Of a stretch of DNA of 29,652 nt, positions 1 to 10,659 are shown in pieces (position 1 is the first letter of the stretch; each line of letters starts with the position of its first letter). A model generated the notes under the pieces. The model was not told the DNA's origin, made no database searches, and saw only the letters and a program-made list of their open reading frames with translations. Origin of the DNA: Macrostomum lignano (taxonomy: Eukaryota). A program made the translations under genes and the position numbers. The DNA is taken from the NCBI GenBank assembly GCA_002269645.1, contig NIVC01003690.1:1-29652 (forward strand). Direction: 5' to 3'.

Positions 1-674
1 CAAATCCTTTTTGTATACTATCTGGATCTGGTACAAATGTACATATATCAAGTTAAATACACATTAGTGGCACTTCATTAATCATTGGTTGGTAAGCCTA
101 GTCATACTATAAGTGTAATTTTTTGGCTTGCCACTTATAGGCTGCTTTCCAATTGTGTAACACTTCAATATAAGGCTCAATTGCAGCCATTGGGTTGGTT
201 ATGGTTGGCAGCTGCTAGTAGGCCACAAGCATTTTTAGTAGGATAGAATTTGAAATTTTATTTTTTAAACTTGGAAGATGAGACCAAAGCAGACTGTGAG
301 ACTGGGTGGCAAGGTCAGGGCCACCTAGTCAGTTACTATATAGAAACTATGCACTATAAATTATCTTTAACTAGACTAGGCCTATGCCACATATACTTAT
401 AGTTATAGGCCTAGGTTATTATTATAGTTGCTAGGCCTATATTTAGTGGTGAAGGCCTAGCCCTAAAATAAAATAAAATAAATAGGTCTATATAGTATCT
501 ACTCGAATTAAATACAGTAAATAGAAACCCATAATTGAGTTACGTTACGACCATTAAAAAACAATTTAAAGGATAATTATATTTGACTATAACTGGAGCA
601 GGCCTATTTATTTTCCTCTTCGTCTTTCTTCTCCGTAGGCCTATCCACTGGTCAGATGGTTCTGCTGATTGGTA

Positions 675-692
675 TAGTAGTAGTAGTAGTAG
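675..692 (+). repeat. (TAG)6 microsatellite
   Basis: tagtagtagtagtagtag read directly. Confidence 0.9.
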
Positions 693-1380
693 TAAGTTTG
701 GCTCAGGCAAAGAGCCTGTTTTGCCAATATGATTCGATGTATTAAACATTTGTTCAAAAGGTTGATTATTTTTACAAGATCGCGATGTAAATTATATGAG
801 TTACGAAGGCATTTGAAAGATCGTCTGGAATTTTTACGGTTTTTTCGAACGACTAACGACAAAAAACATAACGACAAGATTTTAAGTTGGGAATAATAAA
901 AAACAGATAGATGCAATTTAACGATTCATCTAAATGCGATTCAACAAAGGTAGTGTAATATTATTCTGTCAATATAGGCAAACATCGAGTATAAGGATTT
1001 CTTTCAATAATAGGCGACTTTTTGTAAAGATATGCAGTATTTGAAAGCGCGTGATATGTAGATAGTGTATTATGTTTTTGAAAAGTTGAGAGTTTCCGTA
1101 ATAATCAAACAATACGTTTTAAAAGCTAAGGTTTTCAATTTTTAAGTCAGCATTTGAAACAAATTTTGAAGGTAAAGATTTATAAAACACAATAAATTGG
1201 GCACAAAAGTCACGAAGTTAAGGGATTGTCTTCGAATATGTCCGTATATTTTGTTTAAACATTATAAAGATAACAAAGCACACTCTGTCTGACTATTGTA
1301 CATTACGATTTCAAAATATTATATTTGCGAGTAAATTGAATCTTGATGTTTGATTTAATACTAACCACTCACACTTATTT

Positions 1381-1580
1381 CAAAAGTCTGGCAGTCAAAA
1401 TTTGCTGGCAGTCTCAAAAGTCGCTGGCAGCTCAAAAGTCGCTGGCAATCAAAAGTCTCTGGCAGTCGAAAGTGGCAGTCAAATTGTGGGGATTTTTGGC
1501 AGTCAAATTGTGGGTAGTCAAACTTCTGGCAGTCAAAAGTCACTGGCAGTCAAAATCTGGCAGTCAAAAGTCGGTGACCC
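1381..1580. repeat. Degenerate minisatellite, about 11 units of 13-24 bp, consensus TGGCAGTCAAAAGTC(GC); possibly the subterminal array of a DNA-transposon end
   Basis: GGCAGTCAAAA recurs about 11 times; array ends at TCGGTGACCC. It accounts for the low-complexity ORFs 1343-1585, 1361-1543 and 1402-1692. Confidence 0.85.
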
Positions 1581-1799
1581 CATAGAAAAGTTGAATTATT
1601 ATACTCAAATACAACTCATGTACATAGCTCGTAGAACCACCAGGGCAAGAAATTCGAAGAATCATAAAGAATCTCAGGGCCCGTTTAAATGAATATTCTA
1701 TCCACAGTTCCCACACTGTGCTGCTGCAGTACAGCTTGCGGGAATATACCATTTATCCACTGATTTATGTGAATAATACATGTAATTCTCCGGTAGCGG

Positions 1800-2440
1800 G
1801 TCAGAATTTAGGAGGCTTTTGAACAAAATTGGTCCTCGTATCTGGGTTGCGGAGATCAGCCCAGAGAGGAAAAGGGCGGTTGCTAATTTTTGTTGGTGTG
1901 CCAGCGAAAGTCGACGTCACAGGCGTCCACAGAGTGGTCGGACGGAAGGCACTTGGACCTAATATTGATCACCTTTGGCCAGGTGCTTTATGTGCTTCGG
2001 ACAAAGCAGCCAGTCAAGGCGAGTGACACGCCCGTTGATACCTTAAAAGATGGGCAGCTTTAGCAGAACGCTGCCGAAAGTAGCCATCAAGAAGAATCAG
2101 CTACTCCGAGGTGATGAAGTCGGTCAGGAAAGGAGAGTTGGCATTCAAACGTCCACATTGGTTCTTAACCAGCTCGCCGTCAACCGCAAGGGGAGCATTG
2201 AAATCTTCCATAATGAAGAGAGCTAGCGTCGCGGTCCGGTAAAGAGCTGCAGATCTGTCTCAGAGTTCTGTAAAGATCGACGGTGGTCTCGCTGTCTTCA
2301 CTCTTTTGCGGGCTAGTCGGTGCGTACACACAGATGAGATTGATCCGGCGGTCTTTCAGGGTAAAGGTCGCGCGGCCTATTCGGTCGTTGATAAAGCTGA
2401 TGTCGAGAAGGGCAGCAACAGCAGCCCGTGGTTGTGGTAG
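1800..2440 (-). mobile_element. Decayed non-LTR retrotransposon APE endonuclease fragment, RTE-like
   Basis: Minus-strand motifs across frames: DRIGRATF..INLICVYAPT (VYAPT 2315-2329), DFNA (2194-2205, after a frameshift), TRLDWLLCP and SDH (1934-1942). In-frame TAG at 2101-2103. No RT domain seen. Confidence 0.75.
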
Positions 2441-2460
2441 CAGCCTCTTCGCGGCGACCC

Positions 2461-3940
2461 ATGTCTCATCCATTCTCTTCGATGGGACACGAATGCTACC
2501 CGTACAGGCCCCCACACCGGTCTCGGGTCTCGGACCCGGCCCGACGACAGTGGTGGCCGTGGAGTGCCTCGTTCCAACCTCAGCCAGTGCCTGCCATTGT
2601 CAACATCTGCAGCTGGCGCCTCAGCCGCTCCGGGGACATAGAGAGCAACCCAGGCCGCGGCCCTGCCGCCGCCTCTGCCCGCTGCGCCCTCTGCGCGCGG
2701 GCTCTGCGCTCCGGGGCCTCCGGTCTGACTTGCGCTGCCCCTCACTGCAATAACAGCTGCCACTGTCAACCCTCCTGCAGCAGAATCCAGCGTGCTCAGT
2801 CGTCTGCCACCTGCACCGGACCATCGTCGAACCCCCGCTCTCGGCCGAACCTACTGGGATCGTTGCCAGTGCACTTCCTGCTCCCATTGCGGCGGCCAAC
2901 TCCGCAGGGGGAGCCACCTCCACTGTACAACTGACGGCTGGAGCGCGGCCTGTCACTGCGCTTGCAGCGAGTCCTCGCGGTACCGGTGCGACGCTTTTTG
3001 GCGGGGCCCGTCTCCGGGTGGCCGCGACCCGGACATCCTTCACGGACCGCCCGCGGCCTGTCTTGACGGCCGCCCCTGCCGGCACCCCCACCAACTGCTG
3101 TCTTTGCCACAAACGCATCCGGTCCAACACCGTGCCCCTCCGCTGTGTCACCTGCAGTCGTACCGCCCACAAAGCGTGCGCCGGGCTCCACCGGATCAAA
3201 GCCAACAACCCTGAGGCTCGGAATTGGCATTGCAAAAGCTGCGCGGGTTCCGCGGCCCCTCCTGCTGCGGCCCGGCTACCCCAGCCGCCCCGCCGCCCAG
3301 CAGCTGGACAACTCCGCATCCTTTAATGGAACGCGGACGGCATTCGGACTAAGCTCTCCAAACTCGGCGCAGCGCTGGCCAATCTGGACATTGACGTAGC
3401 TGTCACCAAGAAACTAAACTTCGGCCCCAGGACAACTTCAAACCGCCACATGGCTTTGCCGCTGTCCGCCTGGACCGCAGCGATGGGCGCGGGCCGGCGG
3501 GGGCCCCTCACGCTCATTAACCACCGGATACCTTTCTCGTCATTGCCACCCGCCGGCGCCAGTAACGCCCTGGAAGTCCAATCGGTCTTTGTCGACACTG
3601 GCTGCCGCCGACGAGCCAGAGCCCACCTGGCGGCTGCTGCCAGCGGGCAGCCAGCGGGCTGGCTAATCTACGGCGCCTTTAACGCCCACTCCCCCCTGTG
3701 GGACCCTGTGCAGCCACCTGACGCCCCCGAAGAGTGGCTCCTGCACAACAACATGACCACCTGCAACGACGGCGCGGCGACCCACGTCAACCGCAACACC
3801 GGCGGGCTCAGCTCCCTGGACGTGAACATTGCTCATCCCCGGATGGCCAACTGCGCCGACTGGTCAGTCGGGGAGGATCTCGGCTCCGATCATCTGCCTA
3901 TCGTGGTCCAGTTGCAGCTGTATGGTCGCCCGCCCGTCGT
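2461..3940 (+). mobile_element. Decayed 5' part of an I-group (Ingi-like) non-LTR retrotransposon: 2A-like peptide, three PHD-like fingers, APE endonuclease
   Basis: SGDIESNPG; CALC..TCAAPHC..CH..C; CSHC..HCTTDG..CH.AC; CCLC..CVTC..HKAC..WHCKSC, each finger in a different frame. Then LRIL*WNADGIRTK (TAA 3324-3326), QETKL (3407-3421, shifted frame), GAFNAHSPLWD, NDG..T, SSLDV and SDHLPI (SDH 3885-3893). RT absent. Clade assignment is inferred. Confidence 0.8.
2635..2658 (+). other. 2A-like (StopGo) motif DIESNPG-R; canonical final Pro replaced by Arg
   Basis: GAC ATA GAG AGC AAC CCA GGC CGC matches D(V/I)ExNPG/P except the last codon; in frame with the first PHD-like finger. Confidence 0.7.
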
Positions 3941-3949
3941 GGCCTCTCT

Positions 3950-4215
3950 CAACCGCCTCCGCCTCCGCTTCAGATGCGGAGCAGACCGCATCTGAAACTA
4001 ACAAGACAGTGATGCAGCAGTACGACAAGTCCAAGAAAAGTCTGGACCGAATCAGAATTGGCTCGACTTTGGTTCTACAATACCCGACAACAAAGCTGTG
4101 GCAACGGAGGGATGTGGTGGTGGAGGTAGGCAAACACCGCGACTACCTGATCAAGCTAGCTAGTGGCCTAATACTACGGAGAAATCGTATCTGCATCCGG
4201 CCAACACTACCATGG
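3950..4215 (+). mobile_element. Ty3/Gypsy LTR retrotransposon fragment, C-terminal part of integrase
   Basis: QQYDKSKKSL..IGSTLVLQYPTTKLW....VVEVGKHRDYLIKLASGLILRRNRICIRP fits the Gypsy pol tail pattern YD..A..L..G..V..Q.P....W..G.V......R.Y.V....G...RRNR. Confidence 0.7.
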
Positions 4216-5798
4216 AACGCCGATGATCTGCAACAGGCGACTAACAAGCTGGTGGGTCAAGAATGTACCAAGACGGACAATCATAGACTTGATCGGATCA
4301 GAGGCCACCGGAAAGACCTCGTGTTAGTGCCAGGTCAACAAAAAATATTCCGCCAATTCGGTTTCAGTACAGCCGACTGGGGCAGTCGAAAGTTCAGTTT
4401 CTCGAGTAAATAAGGAACAATGACTTTGTGTTGCTCCTTCCCGAGTTCTTGATGATGTTCCTAGAAATAGAACTCGCTGCTCCGGAAGTAGCTAGATAGC
4501 ACCGTTGTACTACCTATCGATTTGCCTGAAATTGAACCTAAAACGTTAGCCTTAACTTGGTAGGGTTGCTGCCACCTTGGTGTGCGGACTCGACGCGTCG
4601 GCAGAGTTGTCTATCCGTCACCTGAAATAAAATAATGAAGTCGCTCGGAGCAAAGGCAAATCTGAAAAATGTCTCGACAGCCGATCGTCTTAGTAGATGC
4701 TGCTCGAACCTGAAAACCTGTAAAACCTGAAATGAGAGAGGAGAGCTCGGAGGAGGCTTCACGAGTCAGCCACGATGCTCCGCGAGACGACGCAGTCGAA
4801 CGAAGACGCTCCTGCTACCCTAGCCAGATATGCAGCTCATGCAGTTATGCCTTGTGCATGTAAAGTCCGTCCACCAACCTGTTACGGCGGCGTTTTTGAC
4901 AGGTTCGTGGTCACGTACACTGTATATCATCTTTATGTATCATTTTACGTGGTCAGGCAGCTTTAACGATTGAAAATTTCATCAAGGTTTCTGATTTTAC
5001 TCCAGTAACTTCTGCAGTAGGGTATGCGATTATTTCCATGCGCTGCTTTCGTGTCTTCATGCAGCGACAGGGGAGAGGCGGTCTGAAAAGCGTGATGGAC
5101 ACCGTCCCATTAAGACGCCTGATGATTTAGTCATGCCATTATACGGAGCCTCTCCAGCTGTTTCCTTGATTTCAAGAAAATGAACTGACTGAGAAGGAAG
5201 GACGCATGATATGAATTTAGACTGAGTTGAGTTTTGCTGAGATTTTAGAACAAATGACGCGTGCTGATGTTGTTCGTCATTGCGTAAAAGATTCATATTA
5301 AGGATCTCAACAATGGTAGTCCTCGACTCTCTTTATTACATCCTTTGCCCATTTGCCCTCTGTGAGCAGGAGATACTCGTACAGAGAAATATAAACGAAT
5401 ACGCGGATATGCCTGCCGGAATACAACTGCAATGCGTTTCACATTGCTTTCAAAATACAGAATAAGCTGGCTGAGCTAAAAGGCATAGCAAAAGAGATGA
5501 AAATGAACATGTATACGCTTTTTCTTATATTGGTGTGGTGTAGACAAATTCTGTACAGTCATGGTCTTCATTGTATGCTAATGGAGACGAAGAATGCAAA
5601 CTGAAAGAGAAACGACGTACTTGAGGTTCAATCTTTTGGTTTTATTGTACAATACCGTGCAGTCACGAGCAAACTTGTGCAGTCCCGACAACTCACTGCA
5701 GCAAATGCTGATTCATACACGCATGACTATATTAAAAAAACCTAGATTAACCACATCATCAGCCACATCTAAAAGTCTATCGCGATTCTAATCTTAAA

Positions 5799-5983
5799 AT
5801 GGCTACCGCTAGATCATCTGCTTCTGTGCCTATTTCTGCGGCAGAGCGTGGTGATTATGCTGCTGTGAGAAGCTTCTTAAACACCAGTCAATCTGCTTCG
5901 AATGCTGTGGCCATTGATTCCGCCGGTCGACGCAGCACATTGCTACATGCCGCTGCTAGAAATGGTCAGCGCAACATTGTCAG
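5799..5983 (+). CDS. Ankyrin-repeat / NEK11-like kinase, exon 1 of 6
   Basis: ATG 5799; ankyrin motifs AAERGDYAAVRSFL and STLLHAAARNGQRNIV; donor AG/gtgaaa, phase 2. Confidence 0.85.
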
Positions 5984-6368
5984 GTGAAATTCATAAATGC
6001 GCCTCTTCAACTTGATCGCATTGGCCACTCCCGTGCGAGAATCTTTTACAGGATCGTTACAGGATCTTTTAGATTGGGTAGGATGTGTTAAGCCCGAACA
6101 ATGAATATATCAGTCAGTTGAGAACTTGTTTTCATGTATAAGAAGTGTATAAGAATGCTGACCTTATGCCTGATAGTTGTTATGCAAGAATCCCGAGAAT
6201 GCTGCATTTGAGATTCAGCCCCTAGGCTATAACTATTGTATACCCCGTTGGGAAGAAAAAGGAATGGTGGATTATTTCTTAGTTATACGCAAAATGTTTT
6301 AACAACCCTATACCCTAATCCTAACTCTCAATTCGATGCTTGGCCTACCAGCAACTCACAATGGATCC

Positions 6369-6499
6369 TTGGCATTTCGGCAAGCAATTTGTCTTGTGAG
6401 CCTTGGCATCTCCGCAACTCTCCTTAAGCCTTAGCATCTCGGCAAATCCCATTAAACCAATTGGCATCTCAGCTATTCCCCGTTCAGCCATGGCATCTA
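6369..6499. repeat. Five degenerate ~30-bp units starting T(T/A)GGCAT(C/T)TC in intron 1; probable MITE remnant
   Basis: ttggcatttcgg, ttggcatctccg, ttagcatctcgg, ttggcatctcag, atggcatcta; preceded by accctaatcctaac. Confidence 0.6.
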
Positions 6500-6613
6500 A
6501 ACCCCCCCCCTGAGCCTAGTCATCTTAAAAGTTTTTTAACAACATTCATTAAATCAGTCTCTTTTCAACTTGTACCCTATACAAATACATTTCGCTCATA
6601 ATTTACATTTTAG

Positions 6614-7075
6614 TCTACTCATCGAGTACGACTGTCGGGTTAATACGCCTCAGGAAGGCACAGACGACACACCGCTGATGCTGGCACTGACCGGCGGTCA
6701 CGAAGACGTGGCTGAAGAACTACTCAATCACGAGAAATGCCACTACAATGCTCAGAACAGCGCAGGTTGGTCTGCTCTGATGATTGCTGCTCAAAGCGGA
6801 CTCGTCAGTGCCATGGATCAACTGTTGATGAAGGGACCCGACATGGAACTTGAGACTCACGAGGACAGGGAGACGGCACTGACCTTAGCTGTGGCTGCTG
6901 GACAAGATGAAGCCGTGAAAATGCTAGTTGAGTTTGGTGCTCAAACCGGACACATGAATGGCAGAGGTTTCACGCCGTTGGATCTGGCTTGGCAGCTGAG
7001 GGACGAGCAAAGCGGTAGACCCACTGAAGGTGGATACAAGCGCCGAATCATTGAAGCGCTTTCCGAGAGGAGGAG
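6614..7075 (+). CDS. Ankyrin-repeat / NEK11-like kinase, exon 2 (ankyrin repeats)
   Basis: Acceptor cattttag/T; TPLMLA..GGHEDV, SALMIAAQSG, TALTLAVAAG, TPLDLA; donor AG/gtaaag, phase 2. Confidence 0.9.
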
Positions 7076-7154
7076 GTAAAGTTTTAGTAGAATTTAGTAG
7101 AGCAGAATTTGAGTGTTTAAAAATTAAGCATCGCTAAATTCGATGCGGTGTGCG

Positions 7155-7552
7155 CCTCTTCTTTCTCATCTCCCCTATCCTCTCTCCCATCTCCTCTTTT
7201 ATCCTCTCTACTCTCCCTCATCTTTTCTCCTCTCATCTGGGTTCATTTTTGCCATCAAAAACTTGACTGAAAAGTTGCAACCAAGAGTCAAAATTAGAAA
7301 TGAACTATTAGGTAGAAGCTTCTTAGCAACAAATCAAAACTTACGCTCGTAAATTTAGATGCAAAGATCCAAAAAACAGCTTGTATACCGAAAAATTTTA
7401 TTTTGCAATCGTATAGAGCAAAAAGTAAACCTAGTCTCTCCTCCCTCTCCACCCCTCTCCTCTCTCTTCTCCCCTCTACTCCCTTTCCTCCCCTCTCTTC
7501 CCTCTCCTCTCCTCTCCTCTCCTCTCCCTCTTATCCCTCTCCTCCCTCTTCT
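7155..7552. repeat. Two CT-rich low-complexity tracts in intron 2 (about 7155-7240 and 7433-7552)
   Basis: Nearly pure pyrimidine runs read directly. Confidence 0.8.
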
Positions 7553-7663
7553 AGCGCTAGTTTTATTTGATAAAAAAATACAGCATATAACTTATAGCAT
7601 ATATTTACCCTTCTGAATTAGTTTGTAACAGACCCCAGTCCATTTTGCTAAATATTAATTTAG

Positions 7664-8025
7664 CGCCCCAGGCAGGCGGCGGAGGCGCAGAGCAGAAGCA
7701 GATGACGCGTCTGACGACGATCTGTCAGCAGACGACGCCGAGGATCGCTCCGGCCGCAGCAGCGGCAGCAGCAGCAGATTGATCGCCGGCCGCTACAAGA
7801 ATCTCGGTCAGCTGGGCAGCGGTGCGCACGGACTTGCCCTGCTGGTGCGGGACATGCGTTGCAATCGAGGCGGCCACGGTCCGGACTCGCGCCTGAAGGT
7901 GCTGAAGCAAATCAGCAGGCAGACTGGGCGGGACCTGCAGGCTAGCGGGCGGGAAAACCGGGAACTGCTCTCTCTGAGACAGCTGGACCACTCGTGCTTG
8001 CTGAGTCTGTTGGACTACTTCAACG
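7664..8025 (+). CDS. Ankyrin-repeat / NEK11-like kinase, exon 3 (linker and kinase subdomains I-IV)
   Basis: Acceptor aatttag/C (an alternative at 7676 has the same phase); IAGRY..LGSGAHG, LKVLKQIS, LRQLDH; donor G/gtaggt, phase 1. Confidence 0.85.
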
Positions 8026-8492
8026 GTAGGTGTTCTGATTAGGCGTCTGCTTAGATTTAGTTGTGTTCAGAGTTTAGTGTTTAGATTCAGAATGACATGA
8101 GCAGCGAACTCTTGCATACATGACGCAAAGGTACATTTGTTGTATCTTTAGAAGACACTACATGTATGTGTTATGCTCAGCCGCTTGTGGAGCTGATGTA
8201 TTTGGAGGCAATTTGTTAAGAAGCATGCATATATTGTACTTATTGGTTGAATTCAGTGTTGCCTAATCAGCCATGCGATGGTCTTACTTATACGAAGTAA
8301 TTGGGGGCATTTATAGAGATTAGAGTGTAGTAAGTTCCAGAATACACAACACCAATCTAACTTACTTGTAAGCATTTTGTTTTCCTGGGTTCATCAGCTT
8401 CAACACCTACATGTATTTTGGAGTTTAATGTCACTGCTTTCCTAATATGTAACAAAAATGCAACCACTGTTACCAACAACTGCAACATTCAG

Positions 8493-8825
8493 ATACGGAC
8501 GACAAGCTCTGCCTAGTGACAGAATACTGCGAATTGCGCGATATGCACACTTGGATCCAGTGGGCCAACAACACCGACATTGCCCTGCCATTCAGGCTAG
8601 TGACACATTGGTGCCTCCAGATGCTACTGGGGCTGAGCTACCTCCATGAGCGTCAGATCGTGCACGGCGATTTCAAACCATCGAACGTGTTTGTACAGTC
8701 CGATGCGACCGTCCGAATAGGCGATTTTGGCTGCTCACTGGACCTGGGCGATGCCGAAGAGGCCGTGGCCAGTGCCATCAGTGGCACGTGGATCTATATG
8801 AGCCCGGAGATGATTCAAAATAATG
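8493..8825 (+). CDS. Ankyrin-repeat / NEK11-like kinase, exon 4 (subdomains V-VIII)
   Basis: Acceptor cattcag/AT; LVTEYCE, YLHERQIVHGDFKPSNVF, IGDFG, GTWIYMSPE; donor G/gtacgt, phase 1. Confidence 0.92.
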
Positions 8826-9600
8826 GTACGTTATTGGGCAAACAAATTGTCGGAAACGTCAAAAGTACGTCGACGGACGTCGAAGTGTTGAACGGGAGAT
8901 AAGAGTTATAAATGAAAAGTCTTCACGCTTTAAGCGCAGCTCGTAAAGAAAATTTCTGGAAATATTTTCATATTAATGATGCCAGTAGCGAAATGCAGCC
9001 CTATATTATGCACGTATAAAGCGTACGTTGAAGACTGCGGTGTAGATGTAGTTCAGTTCAAGGACCACTAGAAGTTACAGTTGTATGCTTTTTCGAGGGC
9101 AAGCATCGCTAAATACATGTAAAAAACAAGCGGGCCCTCGATCAAATAATTTTGCACAATTTACGAGTTGTGACGCTGTTGATAATGCTAGCTGTTTTGC
9201 TATGCGTAAGACCGCTTCATCCGAATTCGATTCCGGTTACACTAATTTCTCTAGACAAGAACTACGTCGTAGATTCTATGAACCAGAAAATCACTGGGTT
9301 GGTATTGCGATCGTAGAAAATAGATTAATAGAGAGTTGAATATGAAAATATTGTAGATGAGTGATATAAATGATTAAATATAGTAATAGCCAATGTGAAA
9401 TGTAGAGAACCTAATAAATAATTCTTAAATTTAGATAGGTAGCAGCTATATATAATCAGAATGCATGTAGCTAAATGTATAAGCCAAGTAATGCGTGCAG
9501 GGGCCAGAAGAAATGTGCAACAAAGAGAGTGACTATAGGCTAGCAAGCTGATAAAATGCGAACATACATGTATTTTACCTACTCGAAATTGTTACCCCAG

Positions 9601-9998
9601 TTCGAAGCACAGCCAACGACATGTTGAGTCTTGGTTGCACCTTCTACGAGCTGTGCACCTGCCAGCCGCTGTTCGACCCTGGCCTACCTCGACCGGCTCT
9701 TCGTGCGCAAATTTGCAGCAAAGCTGAGCGCCGATTCGATGAACTTCCCCAACTGCTGCCGGCTTGGCTCCATGCTGCGCTGCCGCGAATGCTCCGTCAA
9801 TCGCCGCCTTCAGAGCGGCCGACTGCTGCCGGCTTGCTGCTTGAAGACGAAGTGGCCAACAGCCTGAGGAAAATGCAGCCGGATCAGCTGGCTGAAGATC
9901 GGCAATTCCTGGCCGACAATTTGGCCGGGGTGCTGGAGGCTGGGGATGATAATGATGCGGCAAAATACTCGCCGAATCGTGGCTTCGATTATTCACTG
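9601..9998 (+). CDS. Ankyrin-repeat / NEK11-like kinase, exon 5 (subdomains IX-XI)
   Basis: Acceptor ccccag/TT; DMLSLGCTFYELCT, RMLRQSPPSERPTA; donor CTG/gtaggg, phase 0. Confidence 0.88.
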
Positions 9999-10413
9999 GT
10001 AGGGTTTTTGTTTGGATTTCTAGTGCTGTGAAAGGGATTGTTAACATAGACGAATAAAGTAGAGTATGTACTTCATTATAGTCCTTGGGTGTGAGCTTAA
10101 TCACTTCGATTGGTTAGTCACCTTAGCTATAAAACCTTGTACTTGACCAAAGTTTTACAGATGTCTAATTGACGTATAATGAGGTGTGCAAGATGCGGAA
10201 TATTTGCAATCTTCTAACTAGCTTATTCAATGCTGTCTCTGGTCAACTACATTTAAGTACATTTTGAGTGTTAGAAAATGCTTCGAAGCGAAGACCGCAT
10301 TTAGTCTTATCCCATTGTTTTAAATGCCGTCTTTATACATGTATATTGTAACCGTAACAATCTGTAAGTTATTTTGTGTCAGACAAATCGTCCTAATTTC
10401 TATCTGGCTTCAG

Positions 10414-10659
10414 GCTTACGACGCTCTCCTTGCCGACGTAGAGCGGTTTGTTGCCTCCTCGGATGCAGATCAGCAACTATCAGACTATCAGCAACTTGAG
10501 AACCTTCGAGCTAAACTAGCCGAGAAGAAGAACCAGGCCGAATTCCCCTTGAAAAAGTATACCAGATTTTTACGGAACAAAACGTGGAGCAGGGCACCGG
10601 CACCCGGTCAGCGGTCGCTCGAAGCGGACAGCAGCTTGAACAACGTATGGCTGAGCTGA
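10414..10659 (+). CDS. Ankyrin-repeat / NEK11-like kinase, exon 6 (helical C-terminus); CDS total 1986 nt, 661 aa
   Basis: Acceptor ggcttcag/GCT in phase; open to TGA 10657-10659; all six exon phases agree. Confidence 0.75.
   Translation, partial: AYDALLADVERFVASSDADQQLSDYQQLENLRAKLAEKKNQAEFPLKKYTRFLRNKTWSRAPAPGQRSLEADSSLNNVWLS

Noticed and set aside
641-916. 91-aa minus-strand ORF
   Set aside because: No homology recognised; partly formed by the (TAG)n repeat; no convincing splice context
2441-2560. Possible HDV-like ribozyme at the 5' end of the Ingi-like element
   Set aside because: Only a simple GTCTCATC/GATGGGAC hairpin was found; the nested double pseudoknot could not be built by eye. 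A covariance-model scan would settle it.
4215-4960. Putative 3' LTR of the Gypsy fragment
   Set aside because: No clear polypurine tract, TG..CA boundaries or second LTR in the window
5040-5480. Minus-strand open frames (for example SQLILYFESNVKRIAVVFRQAYPRIRLYF) with an acceptor-like site
   Set aside because: No recognisable domain and no phase-consistent gene model; left unannotated
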